Shown here piece after piece: positions 1-8,494 of a stretch of DNA of 64,000 nucleotides; within the stretch, counting starts at the first letter, position 1; the number at the start of each line of letters is the position of its first letter. The notes beneath the pieces were generated by a model, which was given only the letters and a program-made list of their open reading frames with translations, was not told the origin of the DNA and searched no databases. Origin of the DNA: Candidatus Micrarchaeota archaeon (GTDB taxonomy: Archaea; Micrarchaeota; Micrarchaeia; Anstonellales; Bilamarchaeaceae). The position numbers and the translations under genes were made by a program. The DNA lies in the NCBI GenBank assembly GCA_040753215.1, contig JBFMEZ010000025.1:5528-69527 (forward strand), written 5' to 3'.

Positions 1-20
1 CTGCTTATGCCGTGAAGCTC

Positions 21-100
21 GCCCCATCTCCTGTTTCCGGTTTCCTGTTTCGGGTTTCCAGCACCGTTACCGGCAACGGGGAACTGGAAACTGAAAACTG
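21..100. repeat. inverted heptamer-repeat arrays (CTGTTTC/CGGTTTC ... GGAACTG/GAAACTG) downstream of gap; potential hairpin/terminator
   Basis: TGTTTCCGGTTTCCTGTTTCGGGTTTCC then, inverted, GGGGAACTGGAAACTGAAAACTGG. Confidence 0.7.
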
Positions 101-156
101 GTATTTCCGTCAGGGATGATGGCGATATGGTTCGGCTTCTTGTTTTCCATATTCCA

Positions 157-1155
157 TTACCACTTCTTCATGTGCAATACGAAATCTATGAGCCTGTTCG
201 AGTAGCCCCACTCGTTGTCGTACCACGCAAACACCTTGGCGAAATTCCCGGTTGCGCTCGTGAGCTGGGAATCCACTATCGAGGAGTGCGGGTTCCCGAT
301 TATGTCGCATGAGACTATGGGGTCCTCGGTATACTGCAGTATCCCCTTCATCTTCCCTTCCGCGGCCGCCTTTAGCGCCGCGTTCACCTGCTCCCTTGTT
401 GATTCCCGCTCCAGCTCAACGGACAGATCAACTAGGGAGCCGTCGGGAACCGGGACGCGGAGGGCGATGCCGTCCATCCTCCCCTTCATCTGGGGAATCA
501 CTTCCCCGATTGCTTTCGCGGCGCCGGTCGTGGTGGGGATTATGGAGACGGCGGCTGCCCGCGCGCGCCTCCAGTCCTTGTGGCTTCCGTCCACTATGTT
601 CTGGTCGTTGGTGTATGCGTGGACCGTGGTCATGTAGCCGCGCCTCACCCCGAAGGAATCCACGAGCACCTTAAGGACCGGCGCAAGGCAGTTGGTGGTG
701 CAGGATGCGAGCGAGAACACCTTCGCATTCCTGTCCGCATGCTCCATGTTCACCCCTGGAACTACGGAGGGGCAGCCCTTTGCGGGAGCGGAGATGAGGA
801 CGCGCTTCGCGCCCGCCTCCAGATGCTTTGACGCCTCGGAAGCGTCCTTGAATATGCCTGTGGACTCAATCACCACGTCCACGCCGTGCGCCTTCCACGC
901 GATTCCTGAGGGCTCGGTCTCCTTTGCCCACGGGATTTCGTATCCGTCTATTACGATGGATTTGTCCGTTGCCTTCACCGTGCCTTCGAAAGGCCCCATC
1001 ACCGAATCGTACTTGAAGAGGTGCGCGTTCACGAACTGGTCGCTGCGGTTGTTTATCAGCGAAAGCTCAATCTCCTTCCCGACAAGCCCGCGCCCGAACG
1101 CGGCGCGGACGAACATCCTGCCTATCCTTCCGAATCCTGAAACTCCTACCCTCAT
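157..1155 (-). CDS. gap: glyceraldehyde-3-phosphate dehydrogenase, class I (bacterial/eukaryotic type)
   Basis: N-terminal GFGRIGR Rossmann motif and the SCTTNCLAP catalytic-Cys signature. The ASCTTN/TVHA(Y)T/WYDNEWGYS blocks are class I GAPDH. I take MRVGVSGFGRIGR as the start; the ORF track begins three codons earlier. Confidence 0.9.
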   Translation of the reverse strand: MRVGVSGFGRIGRMFVRAAFGRGLVGKEIELSLINNRSDQFVNAHLFKYDSVMGPFEGTVKATDKSIVIDGYEIPWAKETEPSGIAWKAHGVDVVIESTGIFKDASEASKHLEAGAKRVLISAPAKGCPSVVPGVNMEHADRNAKVFSLASCTTNCLAPVLKVLVDSFGVRRGYMTTVHAYTNDQNIVDGSHKDWRRARAAAVSIIPTTTGAAKAIGEVIPQMKGRMDGIALRVPVPDGSLVDLSVELERESTREQVNAALKAAAEGKMKGILQYTEDPIVSCDIIGNPHSSIVDSQLTSATGNFAKVFAWYDNEWGYSNRLIDFVLHMKKW

Positions 1156-1213
1156 CAAAAGCACCCCAGAACAGATTATTCTATATTAAGAGGAAAATTT
1201 TATAAGCAGATAA

Positions 1214-3238
1214 TTATGTGCGCCAGTTCCCAAGGAGCCATTCGATGAGCACCGGGGTGAGGAACTTCGCATCTATCAGCACGAAGGAAAAGCCGGGATG
1301 CGCCCTGTTGGTGAAAACCGCGGCAGCCGACATGGATGTAAGCTCCGGGTTGAGGTCTTCCAGACCGCACTTGAACCTGAAAAGCGCATACTCCTTTCCC
1401 TCCGAGGTTTTCATAATCAGGTACCAGCGCTTCTCGGCCGGCTTCACCTCCTCTATGGAATCCGGCTCCATGAAAACATCCGCCAGCCCGTCCAGCCCGT
1501 CCAGCCCCTCCCCGGCCGTCAGGCAAAGCTCGGCGCCGCGGATAAGCTCCACCGTGTTCTTGCGCATCGCTGCGGCCTCGGAGTCTTCCTTCTTCGGCGC
1601 GGGCACGCCTGCCGCAGCAAGAACATGCCTAGGAATCATCGGGAGCGTATGGGGGGTCGGCTCCCCGTTTTCCCCGGCCTTCCTTACGGACTTTACCGTG
1701 AGGGTTATCTGCCCGCCGGAGGGAAGGCTTGCGGTCGGCCTTCCGGAGCCGGACAACGCTTCCATCAGGCGTACAGCCCGCCCGTTTGCGTAAAGGTGCT
1801 CCTCCATCCTCCTGTGCGCTTCGTCCCAGTCGCCATCGGTTACGAGGTAGCTCTTCCCCCCGCTCGAAAAGAGAACCGCTATGTGCCTGCCGCCCCCGCC
1901 AAAGGCCACCTCATCGTCCGGCCCCCATTTTGCTCCGGGGAAGCGTGCCACGTACTCCCTCACAGCATCATGGGCTTCGCTTGTTCTTCTTTCTGAGGCG
2001 GGTGCATCCTCCCTTGCGGGCTCCGGGACCGGTTTTGGCTCCTCCGGCCGGCCATCAAGTATCCGGGCGGTATTATCGAGGCTGCCGGCGGTAAAATCAG
2101 TATGGCCTTCCCTTACTTTTATGTAATAGAGTGCTCTTCCCTTCCGGTCTACGACTTCCATATACGCAGTTGGGTCTATGTAGCCTATCTGCTCCGCCCC
2201 GATATTCACGAGGTCGTTCGGGTGCCTTGGGGTTGCGATAAGCCTTACTCCTTCCACACCGGGGCGGGTGAGGACTACCTCATAGCCCCCGAACAATTCC
2301 ACCGCTTTATGGTTGTCCACTTTCCTCATTCCGCGCAAATCTTCCGGCTTTAACTTCACGCCCGGCTTTATCTCCAGGCTGTTGTGCAGCCCGGAGGCGG
2401 CGTCTTCCGCGCGCTCCGGGAAAGGCGAGGTGCCGCGGAGGAACTCCGGCTCCCTCGGCTGCCTTGCGGAAACCGCGGGAAGGTCTACCCCGCTCGGGGA
2501 TGAATCGCCTGAAAGCGGCTTAAGCTCCCCCACGCGGGTGAGGACGAAATCGGTTGCAGGGTTTTTCCTGCAGATGCCCATCAGCGTCCTCTCGATGCCG
2601 AGCGGGGCGAGGAATATGTAGATGTCCCTCCGGTCCTTCCTGCCGGGCGCGGAGAGCTTTATGCTCCTCGCGGCCGTGAGCTGGCCGTAGAAATCCAGGT
2701 CTATGTCCCCGAGCCGCGGGAGGGGGGCGTTGGTGAGGAGGAAGAGGCGGTTGAGCTCCCCGCCGCAATAAAGCAGGAGCGCCTCCAGGCGCTCCTCCCC
2801 GAACTCCCCTGCGAAGGTCGCGGACTGGAGGAAATTCCTCACAAATGCGATGGAGCCGGCTATGCAGCCCTTTGCAGCGGGCTGCCCGGACTCTGTTTTT
2901 ACCCTCCCGCCGATCCGGTCGTCCTCCTTCGGGGGCGCGGGGTACGAATCGATAACCGTTCTTATGTATTTGATGAGCTTCGCGTTTGGCGCCCCGAGGG
3001 CGGCGAAAACATCCGGCGAAAGCCTTGATTTGCCCTCCAGGCCGTCCATGTCCATTCTCGCCTGGATTCTTTGGGGCGCCTGCAGCGGCTCCTCGGCCAC
3101 GTCCCTCACGCGGTATCCGCGCACATCGGAAGAGATGGGCGGCTTCGGGGGAAGCGCGCTCCTCCTGGGCGCATCCCCGGCAACGGGCCCCCTGATGGTT
3201 TCTTTGAAGTCTCTGCGCTCGGGCATGGGTATTCGCAT
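1214..3238 (-). CDS. hypothetical protein (674 aa), no recognisable motif
   Basis: Long uninterrupted ORF with coding-like composition, in tandem with gap. I see no Walker or other diagnostic motif. Confidence 0.45.
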   Translation of the reverse strand: MRIPMPERRDFKETIRGPVAGDAPRRSALPPKPPISSDVRGYRVRDVAEEPLQAPQRIQARMDMDGLEGKSRLSPDVFAALGAPNAKLIKYIRTVIDSYPAPPKEDDRIGGRVKTESGQPAAKGCIAGSIAFVRNFLQSATFAGEFGEERLEALLLYCGGELNRLFLLTNAPLPRLGDIDLDFYGQLTAARSIKLSAPGRKDRRDIYIFLAPLGIERTLMGICRKNPATDFVLTRVGELKPLSGDSSPSGVDLPAVSARQPREPEFLRGTSPFPERAEDAASGLHNSLEIKPGVKLKPEDLRGMRKVDNHKAVELFGGYEVVLTRPGVEGVRLIATPRHPNDLVNIGAEQIGYIDPTAYMEVVDRKGRALYYIKVREGHTDFTAGSLDNTARILDGRPEEPKPVPEPAREDAPASERRTSEAHDAVREYVARFPGAKWGPDDEVAFGGGGRHIAVLFSSGGKSYLVTDGDWDEAHRRMEEHLYANGRAVRLMEALSGSGRPTASLPSGGQITLTVKSVRKAGENGEPTPHTLPMIPRHVLAAAGVPAPKKEDSEAAAMRKNTVELIRGAELCLTAGEGLDGLDGLADVFMEPDSIEEVKPAEKRWYLIMKTSEGKEYALFRFKCGLEDLNPELTSMSAAAVFTNRAHPGFSFVLIDAKFLTPVLIEWLLGNWRT

Positions 3239-3323
3239 ATAAATGTGTTAATTTATGTTTAAATATCTATGCTTTGCTGTGGAAACCGTTAAAAACACAA
3301 AAGTCCCGATATGCCTGAGTGGT

Positions 3324-4079
3324 ATGATGAAAGTGAAAACCGGCATTTCGGGGCTGGACAGGCTCATGGACGGGGGGATACCTGAGGAATCAGTTGTGCT
3401 TCTCTCGGGATGCACGGGCACGGGGAAGACCATATTCGGGCTGCAGTTCCTTGCGGAAGGGGCAAGGAAATACGGGGAGAGGGGATTGTACATAACCTTT
3501 GAGGAGAGGGAGGACAAGATAAGGGAGCAGGCGGAGCAGTTCGGATGGGATTTCACGGGGCTGGAAAAGAAGAGGATGCTGAAGATACTGAACATCTCCA
3601 AATTCACCATAGGCGAGATATTCAGGGAACTGAGCAGCGCCATACGCACGTATAAGCCCAGGAGGCTCGTGGTGGATTCCATCACGAACATGTGCCTCGC
3701 CGCGCATGTGAGGACGAAGCTCTTTGACCTGGACAAGGCGGACATAGATGAGATGATTTACGGGGAGGGGAATAATGTGGGGACTCCGCTTGACTGGGAT
3801 GGGATTATAGTGAAGAAGATGATGGTCGACCTTGTGAAAATCCTCCAGAGCCACCGCATAACCGCGCTCCTTACTTCGGAAGTTTCAAAGGAAAGCGAAT
3901 GGTACAGCCGGGACACCATAAGCGAGTTCGCTTGCGACGGCGTGATGCTCCTGAAGGCGGTCTCCATAGGGGAGGAGACGCAGAGGACGCTGGAGCTTGT
4001 GAAGATGAGGAACACGCCCATAAGGGGCGGGATTTACAATTTCGAATTCACGAAGAGCGGGGTAAAAATTAGTGTATGA
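3324..4079 (+). CDS. KaiC-like / RadA-RecA superfamily ATPase (single-domain archaeal KaiC homologue)
   Basis: GISGLDRLMDGGIPE...SGCTGTGKT Walker A and an LVVDSIT Walker-B-like block, the KaiC/RadB architecture. ATG at 3324 is preferred over the upstream ORF-track start. Confidence 0.8.
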   Translation: MMKVKTGISGLDRLMDGGIPEESVVLLSGCTGTGKTIFGLQFLAEGARKYGERGLYITFEEREDKIREQAEQFGWDFTGLEKKRMLKILNISKFTIGEIFRELSSAIRTYKPRRLVVDSITNMCLAAHVRTKLFDLDKADIDEMIYGEGNNVGTPLDWDGIIVKKMMVDLVKILQSHRITALLTSEVSKESEWYSRDTISEFACDGVMLLKAVSIGEETQRTLELVKMRNTPIRGGIYNFEFTKSGVKISV

Positions 4080-4929
4080 GAAGGAGGGCGGCGACCAGGG
4101 CCGCCGGTACGATGTCCGCCTCTGCCACAACGCCGCATATGAAACGCAGGTCGGCGTTATTTTTCTGGGATTCGAGAAGGTAGTAGAGCCCGAAGAGCGA
4201 CGTGGCTGCGGACATGAATACGAATGCGTAGGGCAGCGCCCCGTAGGCCCAGGAAACCAATGCCAGAATGAATGTGCCTGCATTTATCATATTGAGCAGG
4301 AGGAGAGCGCTGCCCGCGCCTATTGCAACGGGTATGGTTGGTATCCCCAGCCTCGCATCGCCTTCGACATCCCGCATGTCGAATACGGCGCTCACTAGGA
4401 AGAGGCGTGCGGCTATGAAGACGAACACTATCCATGCGGCGGGAGACAGCGGTGCGCCTGCATATAAAACGGGGATGAGGGCGAATGCCGCGTACATTAC
4501 GCCAACGCAGATGTTCTTCCCTACAAAAAGCTCCTTGAGCCTTGTGAAGCCGAGGAAACCGGGCAGGACGGGAAAGCTGTATAGCATGCTCGCGATGAAA
4601 TTCGCGGAGAGCAGGAGGAAGGCGGGCAGGCTTGCAGCTGCGAAATATGCGAGCGAGGCGAGCAGGCCGAGGAGCGAGAAAACGAGGACGAGGCCGCCGT
4701 TCCTGACGACAAATTCCGTGCGCTCCGGGTTGTTTATGCGGTCTATGTCCCTGTCCACCGCCCTGTTGAGCGCGTATATCGCAAGGGATTCGAAGAATAC
4801 CGCAAAGGCAACCGCCGGCTCAAGCGAAAGGCCGAGCACCGCTGCGGAAATGACCGGTACCGCAACCGCTATCAGCGAGGCGTAGATGTCAGTTACTACC
4901 AGTAGGTGCAGGAATTTGCCAAGGCGCAT
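4069..4929 (-). CDS. UbiA-family prenyltransferase, probably digeranylgeranylglyceryl phosphate synthase (archaeal lipid synthesis)
   Basis: Polytopic membrane protein with the Asp-rich NRAVDRDIDRIN motif and a second DMRDVEGD motif typical of UbiA/DGGGPS enzymes. Its 3' end overlaps the KaiC-like gene by 11 nt, convergently. Confidence 0.7.
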   Translation of the reverse strand: MRLGKFLHLLVVTDIYASLIAVAVPVISAAVLGLSLEPAVAFAVFFESLAIYALNRAVDRDIDRINNPERTEFVVRNGGLVLVFSLLGLLASLAYFAAASLPAFLLLSANFIASMLYSFPVLPGFLGFTRLKELFVGKNICVGVMYAAFALIPVLYAGAPLSPAAWIVFVFIAARLFLVSAVFDMRDVEGDARLGIPTIPVAIGAGSALLLLNMINAGTFILALVSWAYGALPYAFVFMSAATSLFGLYYLLESQKNNADLRFICGVVAEADIVPAALVAALLLIH

Positions 4930-4933
4930 AGGA

Positions 4934-6037
4934 CTAGCTCCGGAGCATAAGGTCGAGCGAACCGCGCGAAATGACCGGCTCGGAGTTTTTCAGCTCCACA
5001 TCCCTCGGGCCGGCGGAGAGTATTCCGGAAACCATCCCGCGCATCAGCGGGAACGTCGTTTCCCTGTGATATCTGGTCCACGGATAGCCGAAGCAGACTG
5101 CCTTTGAACCATCAAAATGGATGTCGCCCCATCCGAACGGGGGAAGGATGTCCGTGAGGAAATTTTCGGAGCTGGCCCCGCCTGGAACGCATCTCCTGCA
5201 GTGCTTGAACGCGACTTCGAAAAGAAGCCGCTCGCCGCCTTTCAGCTTCTCCAAGACCGTCTCCAAGAAGTAGACGGAGCTTGCTTCGTTTAGTACGAGC
5301 CTGCTCTTTCCGTACCTGAAAAAGCCGCCTTCGTATGCAATGACCCTGTTCTCCAGGAGGTCCCTGAGCGAATTCTTCGCATAATGTGCCCTCTTCGGCT
5401 GGTTCATCAGGAAGTATTCGGCTTCTAGCCCCAGGCCGGGGGGAACCTTGACCACGTGCGCGATTCCCTTTTTGTGGCTCTCCGGCGGCGCGCATAGTAT
5501 TACGCACTTCTCCCCGCGCTTCTGGCAGGCGAGCTTGACCCCCTCGGTCTGCACGCCCATCATATATTCCCAGGTCCCGTTGAGCGTGCCGGTGAGGAAA
5601 TCGCCGAGCCCGCTCTCCTTGCACACAAGCAAATCCTTTGCGGCAAACTCCAGCTCGCTTTTTGCAAGGTCGACCCTGTATTCTACTTTTGAGGAGTATT
5701 CGGACTCCAGCAGGCGCATTATCGCCTCTATGACCTCAAGCAGCGCCTCATCCGGCATCGAGCCGCGCTTCGGAAGCGCGGATGTCGCCGCGAACCTGTA
5801 GCCCCACATCTTTCCCGCAACATAGACCGCCTTCCTTCCCTCCTTTCCGTATTTCTCTGCGAATGCGGTCTCTATGCCGGCCAGCATCGACTCCGGCATC
5901 AGCACCTCGCGCAAGTAGCAGTTTTTCTTTTTCGAGCCGAAGCGGTATACGATGTACCCGGGCTTGTCTATTATCTCATTATTGGGAAGTATTATGTTCT
6001 TCATGAACCAGGACCTTATCCTTTTCTTTTCACCCAT
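4934..6037 (-). CDS. hypothetical protein (367 aa)
   Basis: Long ORF with coding-like composition. Several Cys pairs (CRRC, CxxP) but no firm family assignment. Confidence 0.45.
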   Translation of the reverse strand: MGEKKRIRSWFMKNIILPNNEIIDKPGYIVYRFGSKKKNCYLREVLMPESMLAGIETAFAEKYGKEGRKAVYVAGKMWGYRFAATSALPKRGSMPDEALLEVIEAIMRLLESEYSSKVEYRVDLAKSELEFAAKDLLVCKESGLGDFLTGTLNGTWEYMMGVQTEGVKLACQKRGEKCVILCAPPESHKKGIAHVVKVPPGLGLEAEYFLMNQPKRAHYAKNSLRDLLENRVIAYEGGFFRYGKSRLVLNEASSVYFLETVLEKLKGGERLLFEVAFKHCRRCVPGGASSENFLTDILPPFGWGDIHFDGSKAVCFGYPWTRYHRETTFPLMRGMVSGILSAGPRDVELKNSEPVISRGSLDLMLRS

Positions 6038-6077
6038 AACGCATCAACTTGGGATGGGAGAAACGCGCTCACAAACC

Positions 6078-6098
6078 TTATAAATTTTCCCCCCCCCC
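6078..6098 (+). promoter_or_regulatory. TATA box (TTATAAAT) followed by a C8 homopolymer, 24-31 nt upstream of the ATG at 6109
   Basis: Archaeal TATA-like octamer at the right distance for a leaderless transcript. An eight-C tract lies between the TATA box and the start codon. Confidence 0.45.
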
Positions 6099-6108
6099 GA
6101 ATTGCAGC

Positions 6109-6438
6109 ATGGCGCACCTGACTGGGCTGGAAGGAATTCTGCATCTCACGCTGTTTGCAATAGCAATCGCCACGCCGCTGATTTTGTTCTACATAGTTTC
6201 AAGGATGAGAAAGCATGTTTTCCGGGACATCATCATGATTTATGCGTTCGCCTTCCTCTTTTCCGCATTCAGGTGGGCGGGAGGCTCGATGACCGCAATG
6301 GGATATGAATTTACAGGCACGCTGCTCTTCCAGTGGGCGTGGTTCCTCACCGGGCTGCTCGCGGCAGTGCTGGGCATTGCTGCAACCATCAAGATGTACT
6401 ACTGGCTGAAGGAAAACGCTTTTGAGGCGGTGAAATAG
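6109..6438 (+). CDS. small membrane protein (3 predicted TM helices), hypothetical
   Basis: Hydrophobic 109-aa ORF starting at MAHLTGLEG. The upstream part of the tracked ORF precedes the TATA box and is unlikely to be coding. Confidence 0.5.
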   Translation: MAHLTGLEGILHLTLFAIAIATPLILFYIVSRMRKHVFRDIIMIYAFAFLFSAFRWAGGSMTAMGYEFTGTLLFQWAWFLTGLLAAVLGIAATIKMYYWLKENAFEAVK

Positions 6439-6516
6439 CAGGCCAAAAGCACCACGGAACCTGATTTTGCAGACGTAGCAACTGGAAACCCGAAACTGGG
6501 AACGAAATCAATGATT

Positions 6517-6588
6517 TGGGCCCGAAGGGAATCGAACCCCTGGTCTCTACCATGTCAGGGTAGCGTCTTGCCATTCGACTACGGGCCC
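6517..6588 (-). tRNA. tRNA-Val (anticodon GAC)
   Basis: Reverse complement reads GGGCCCGTAGTCGAATGGCAAGACGCTACC-CTGACAT-GGTAGAGACCAGGGGTTCGATTCCCTTCGGGCCC-A. It has a 7-bp acceptor stem, the GG D-loop, anticodon loop CUGACAU with U33 and A37, and a GGTTCGATTCC T-loop. CCA is not encoded. Confidence 0.9.
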
Positions 6589-6799
6589 AGAACAATTGCC
6601 GGTTTAGAGTTTTCAGTTTCCGGATAACGTGTTGACAAATAAAGGCGCATAAGTCCTTAAAAAGGATAGCACACCCCCGTGCGTGCGTAAGGAGTGCGAG
6701 CGAAGAGTTGCGAAGCGAAGTGGAAAGGGGGTATGATTACCCTAAAGAGAGGGGGGAACGCCTTCCCCCTTCCTCTTGGTGCCATTCGACTACGGGCCC
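6569..6799. repeat. 20-bp direct repeat (TGCCATTCGACTACGGGCCC) at 6569-6588 and 6780-6799, which is nt 1-20 of tRNA-Val; the copies bound a 192-bp segment
   Basis: Exact 20/20 identity. The second copy lies just outside the tRNA, 192 bp from the gene's 5' end. This is the pattern of an att-site duplication or a mini-element insertion. Confidence 0.7.
6727..6784 (+). repeat. conserved ~58-nt element, copy 1 (hairpin GGGGGAACGCCTTCCCCC plus CTAAAGAGA TATA-like box), ending in TGCCA
   Basis: About 85% identical to 33219-33274. Both copies sit in divergent intergenic regions directly beside tRNA sequence. Confidence 0.6.
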
Positions 6800-6830
6800 T
6801 CGGCGGGATATGATAGTAATTGCGGAGTAA

Positions 6831-7628
6831 ATGATTATAAAGAATCGTTCTGAAAGGAAGCGCATGAAAAAATCATCGCGCGTTCCCGCATCGGCAAGGC
6901 GGGCAGAACCGAAACCGGAAACCGGAAGCTGGAAACTGGAAGCCGGCGGCCGCACGCCCACCGGGATATCCGGGCTGGATGATTTGCTTGAGGGAGGGTT
7001 CCCGGAAGGGAGCTTCGTCCTTCTCTCGGGAACGTGCGGCACGGGCAAGTCCATCTTCGGGATGCAGTTCGTTTGCCGGGGCGCGGAGAGGGGCGAGCCG
7101 GGAGTGTTCCTCTCCATGGAGGAGGAGCCGGAGAGGATCATTAAGGACATGTCCGGCTTCGACTGGGATATAAGGAAGCAGGTGGACGAGGGGCGGCTGG
7201 CGATAGCCAAGCCGGAGATTTACGAGAGCGACGCGATAAAGAGGATGATAGTGGATTCCGTGGAAAGGACCGGCGCGAGGAGGCTGGTGATAGACTCCTT
7301 CACGCTGCTCAGCTCCTACCTGGAGAATCCCTTCGACATAAGGAAGATGATTTTCGACATAAGCAGGGAGATAAAGAAGCTGAACTGCACCACCCTCTCC
7401 ATCTCGGACATGCCGGAGGGCGGCGCATCCTACTCCATAAACGGGTTCGAGGAGTTCGTCTCCGACGGCGTGGTCGTGCTGTCCCTTGCGCAGGCGGGCA
7501 CGACCGGGGCGTACACGCGCGCGCTGCTCGTGAGGAAGATGAGGGCGACGTCGCATTCGCTGAAGATGGTTCCGTTCAAGATTGAGAGGGAGGGAATAAA
7601 GCTCTACCCCGAGGCGGAGCTTTTCTGA
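6831..7628 (+). CDS. KaiC-like / RadA-RecA superfamily ATPase, second paralogue
   Basis: GISGLDDLLEGGFPEGS...SGTCGTGKS Walker A and an LVIDSFT Walker-B-like block. The N-terminal ~40 aa contain a heptamer-repeat stretch (KPETGSWKLEAGG), so the true start may lie downstream or use a non-ATG codon. Confidence 0.75.
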   Translation: MIIKNRSERKRMKKSSRVPASARRAEPKPETGSWKLEAGGRTPTGISGLDDLLEGGFPEGSFVLLSGTCGTGKSIFGMQFVCRGAERGEPGVFLSMEEEPERIIKDMSGFDWDIRKQVDEGRLAIAKPEIYESDAIKRMIVDSVERTGARRLVIDSFTLLSSYLENPFDIRKMIFDISREIKKLNCTTLSISDMPEGGASYSINGFEEFVSDGVVVLSLAQAGTTGAYTRALLVRKMRATSHSLKMVPFKIEREGIKLYPEAELF

Positions 7629-7634
7629 CGGCGG

Positions 7635-8048
7635 TCAGCCGGCCGGCCTTGGCTGTGCGTGCAGCATCCGGAGAATCTCCTCCCGGGATATCTCCTGCCT
7701 GTGCCTCTGCTCCGCCTGGAGCTTCCTGAAAAAGTAGAAATACTCGTAAAGGCTGCCCTCGTCCTCCGCCCATATAACCCTATGGCTGTCCATCACCTCC
7801 CATTTGAGATAGAGGGGGAGCTCTTCGAAGCAGTAAACGTCGTAGCCCTTTCCGTATACATCCACATTGTGGTATACTCTTTTCATAATGCCCGCGCTTT
7901 TCTTCCCTGGAGCGACTATGCAGATGTCTACATCCCTCGCTCCGGCTTCGCCCTTTGCTGCGGAGCCGAAGAGGAGGACCGCAAGCGCGTCCTTTTTCAG
8001 GAATGAGAACTCTTTCCTGAGCGCCCGCATCATTTTTTCCCCAGCCAT
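7635..8048 (-). CDS. minimal nucleotidyltransferase (MNT/MntA-type antitoxin of a HEPN-MNT pair)
   Basis: LFGSAAKGEAGARDVDI is the GS-x9-13-DxD Pol-beta nucleotidyltransferase motif. The protein is small (137 aa) and overlaps the HEPN gene by 19 nt. Confidence 0.75.
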   Translation of the reverse strand: MAGEKMMRALRKEFSFLKKDALAVLLFGSAAKGEAGARDVDICIVAPGKKSAGIMKRVYHNVDVYGKGYDVYCFEELPLYLKWEVMDSHRVIWAEDEGSLYEYFYFFRKLQAEQRHRQEISREEILRMLHAQPRPAG

Positions 8049-8443
8049 TCCCCCACCGCCTGCGCGAGCTCTTCGAAGAACGGCAGCAGCCCGAGCATTG
8101 ATTCGTATGCCGTGTTCTCATCAAGCCCGTTGTATTCGTGGACGACCCTGTTCCTGAGGCCGTTCGCCTCCTTGAGCGCCTTCCCCAGCCTTCCGCTTAT
8201 GACTTTCTTCCCGAGTGCGGAGTCTATGTTTGAGTAGTCGTCCTTCGGGGGCGTGTTCTCATCGCGGAGAACCATCGCAAGGATGTCCATCGCCGCCTCG
8301 ACCATCTCCTGAAAAGCCTTGTAGCAGGCGAGGGCGGTTTTTTCATCCCCGAGGAAGTCGCCCTCCCATTCCTCTATCTCCGCCTTCCTTTTCCGCAGCA
8401 GGTCAAGCTTGTCCTTGTACCTCTTCAGCCTGGCGGCCTCCAT
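8030..8443 (-). CDS. HEPN-domain protein (DUF86/HepT-like toxin)
   Basis: The R-x4-H motif RNRVVHEY near the C-terminus and a small all-alpha protein, immediately upstream of and overlapping the MNT gene. Confidence 0.75.
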   Translation of the reverse strand: MEAARLKRYKDKLDLLRKRKAEIEEWEGDFLGDEKTALACYKAFQEMVEAAMDILAMVLRDENTPPKDDYSNIDSALGKKVISGRLGKALKEANGLRNRVVHEYNGLDENTAYESMLGLLPFFEELAQAVGEWLGKK

Positions 8444-8494
8444 GCAACCATTTCCAGCAGAAACCTATAAAAACACGCGCGGAGTGTAAAAGCC

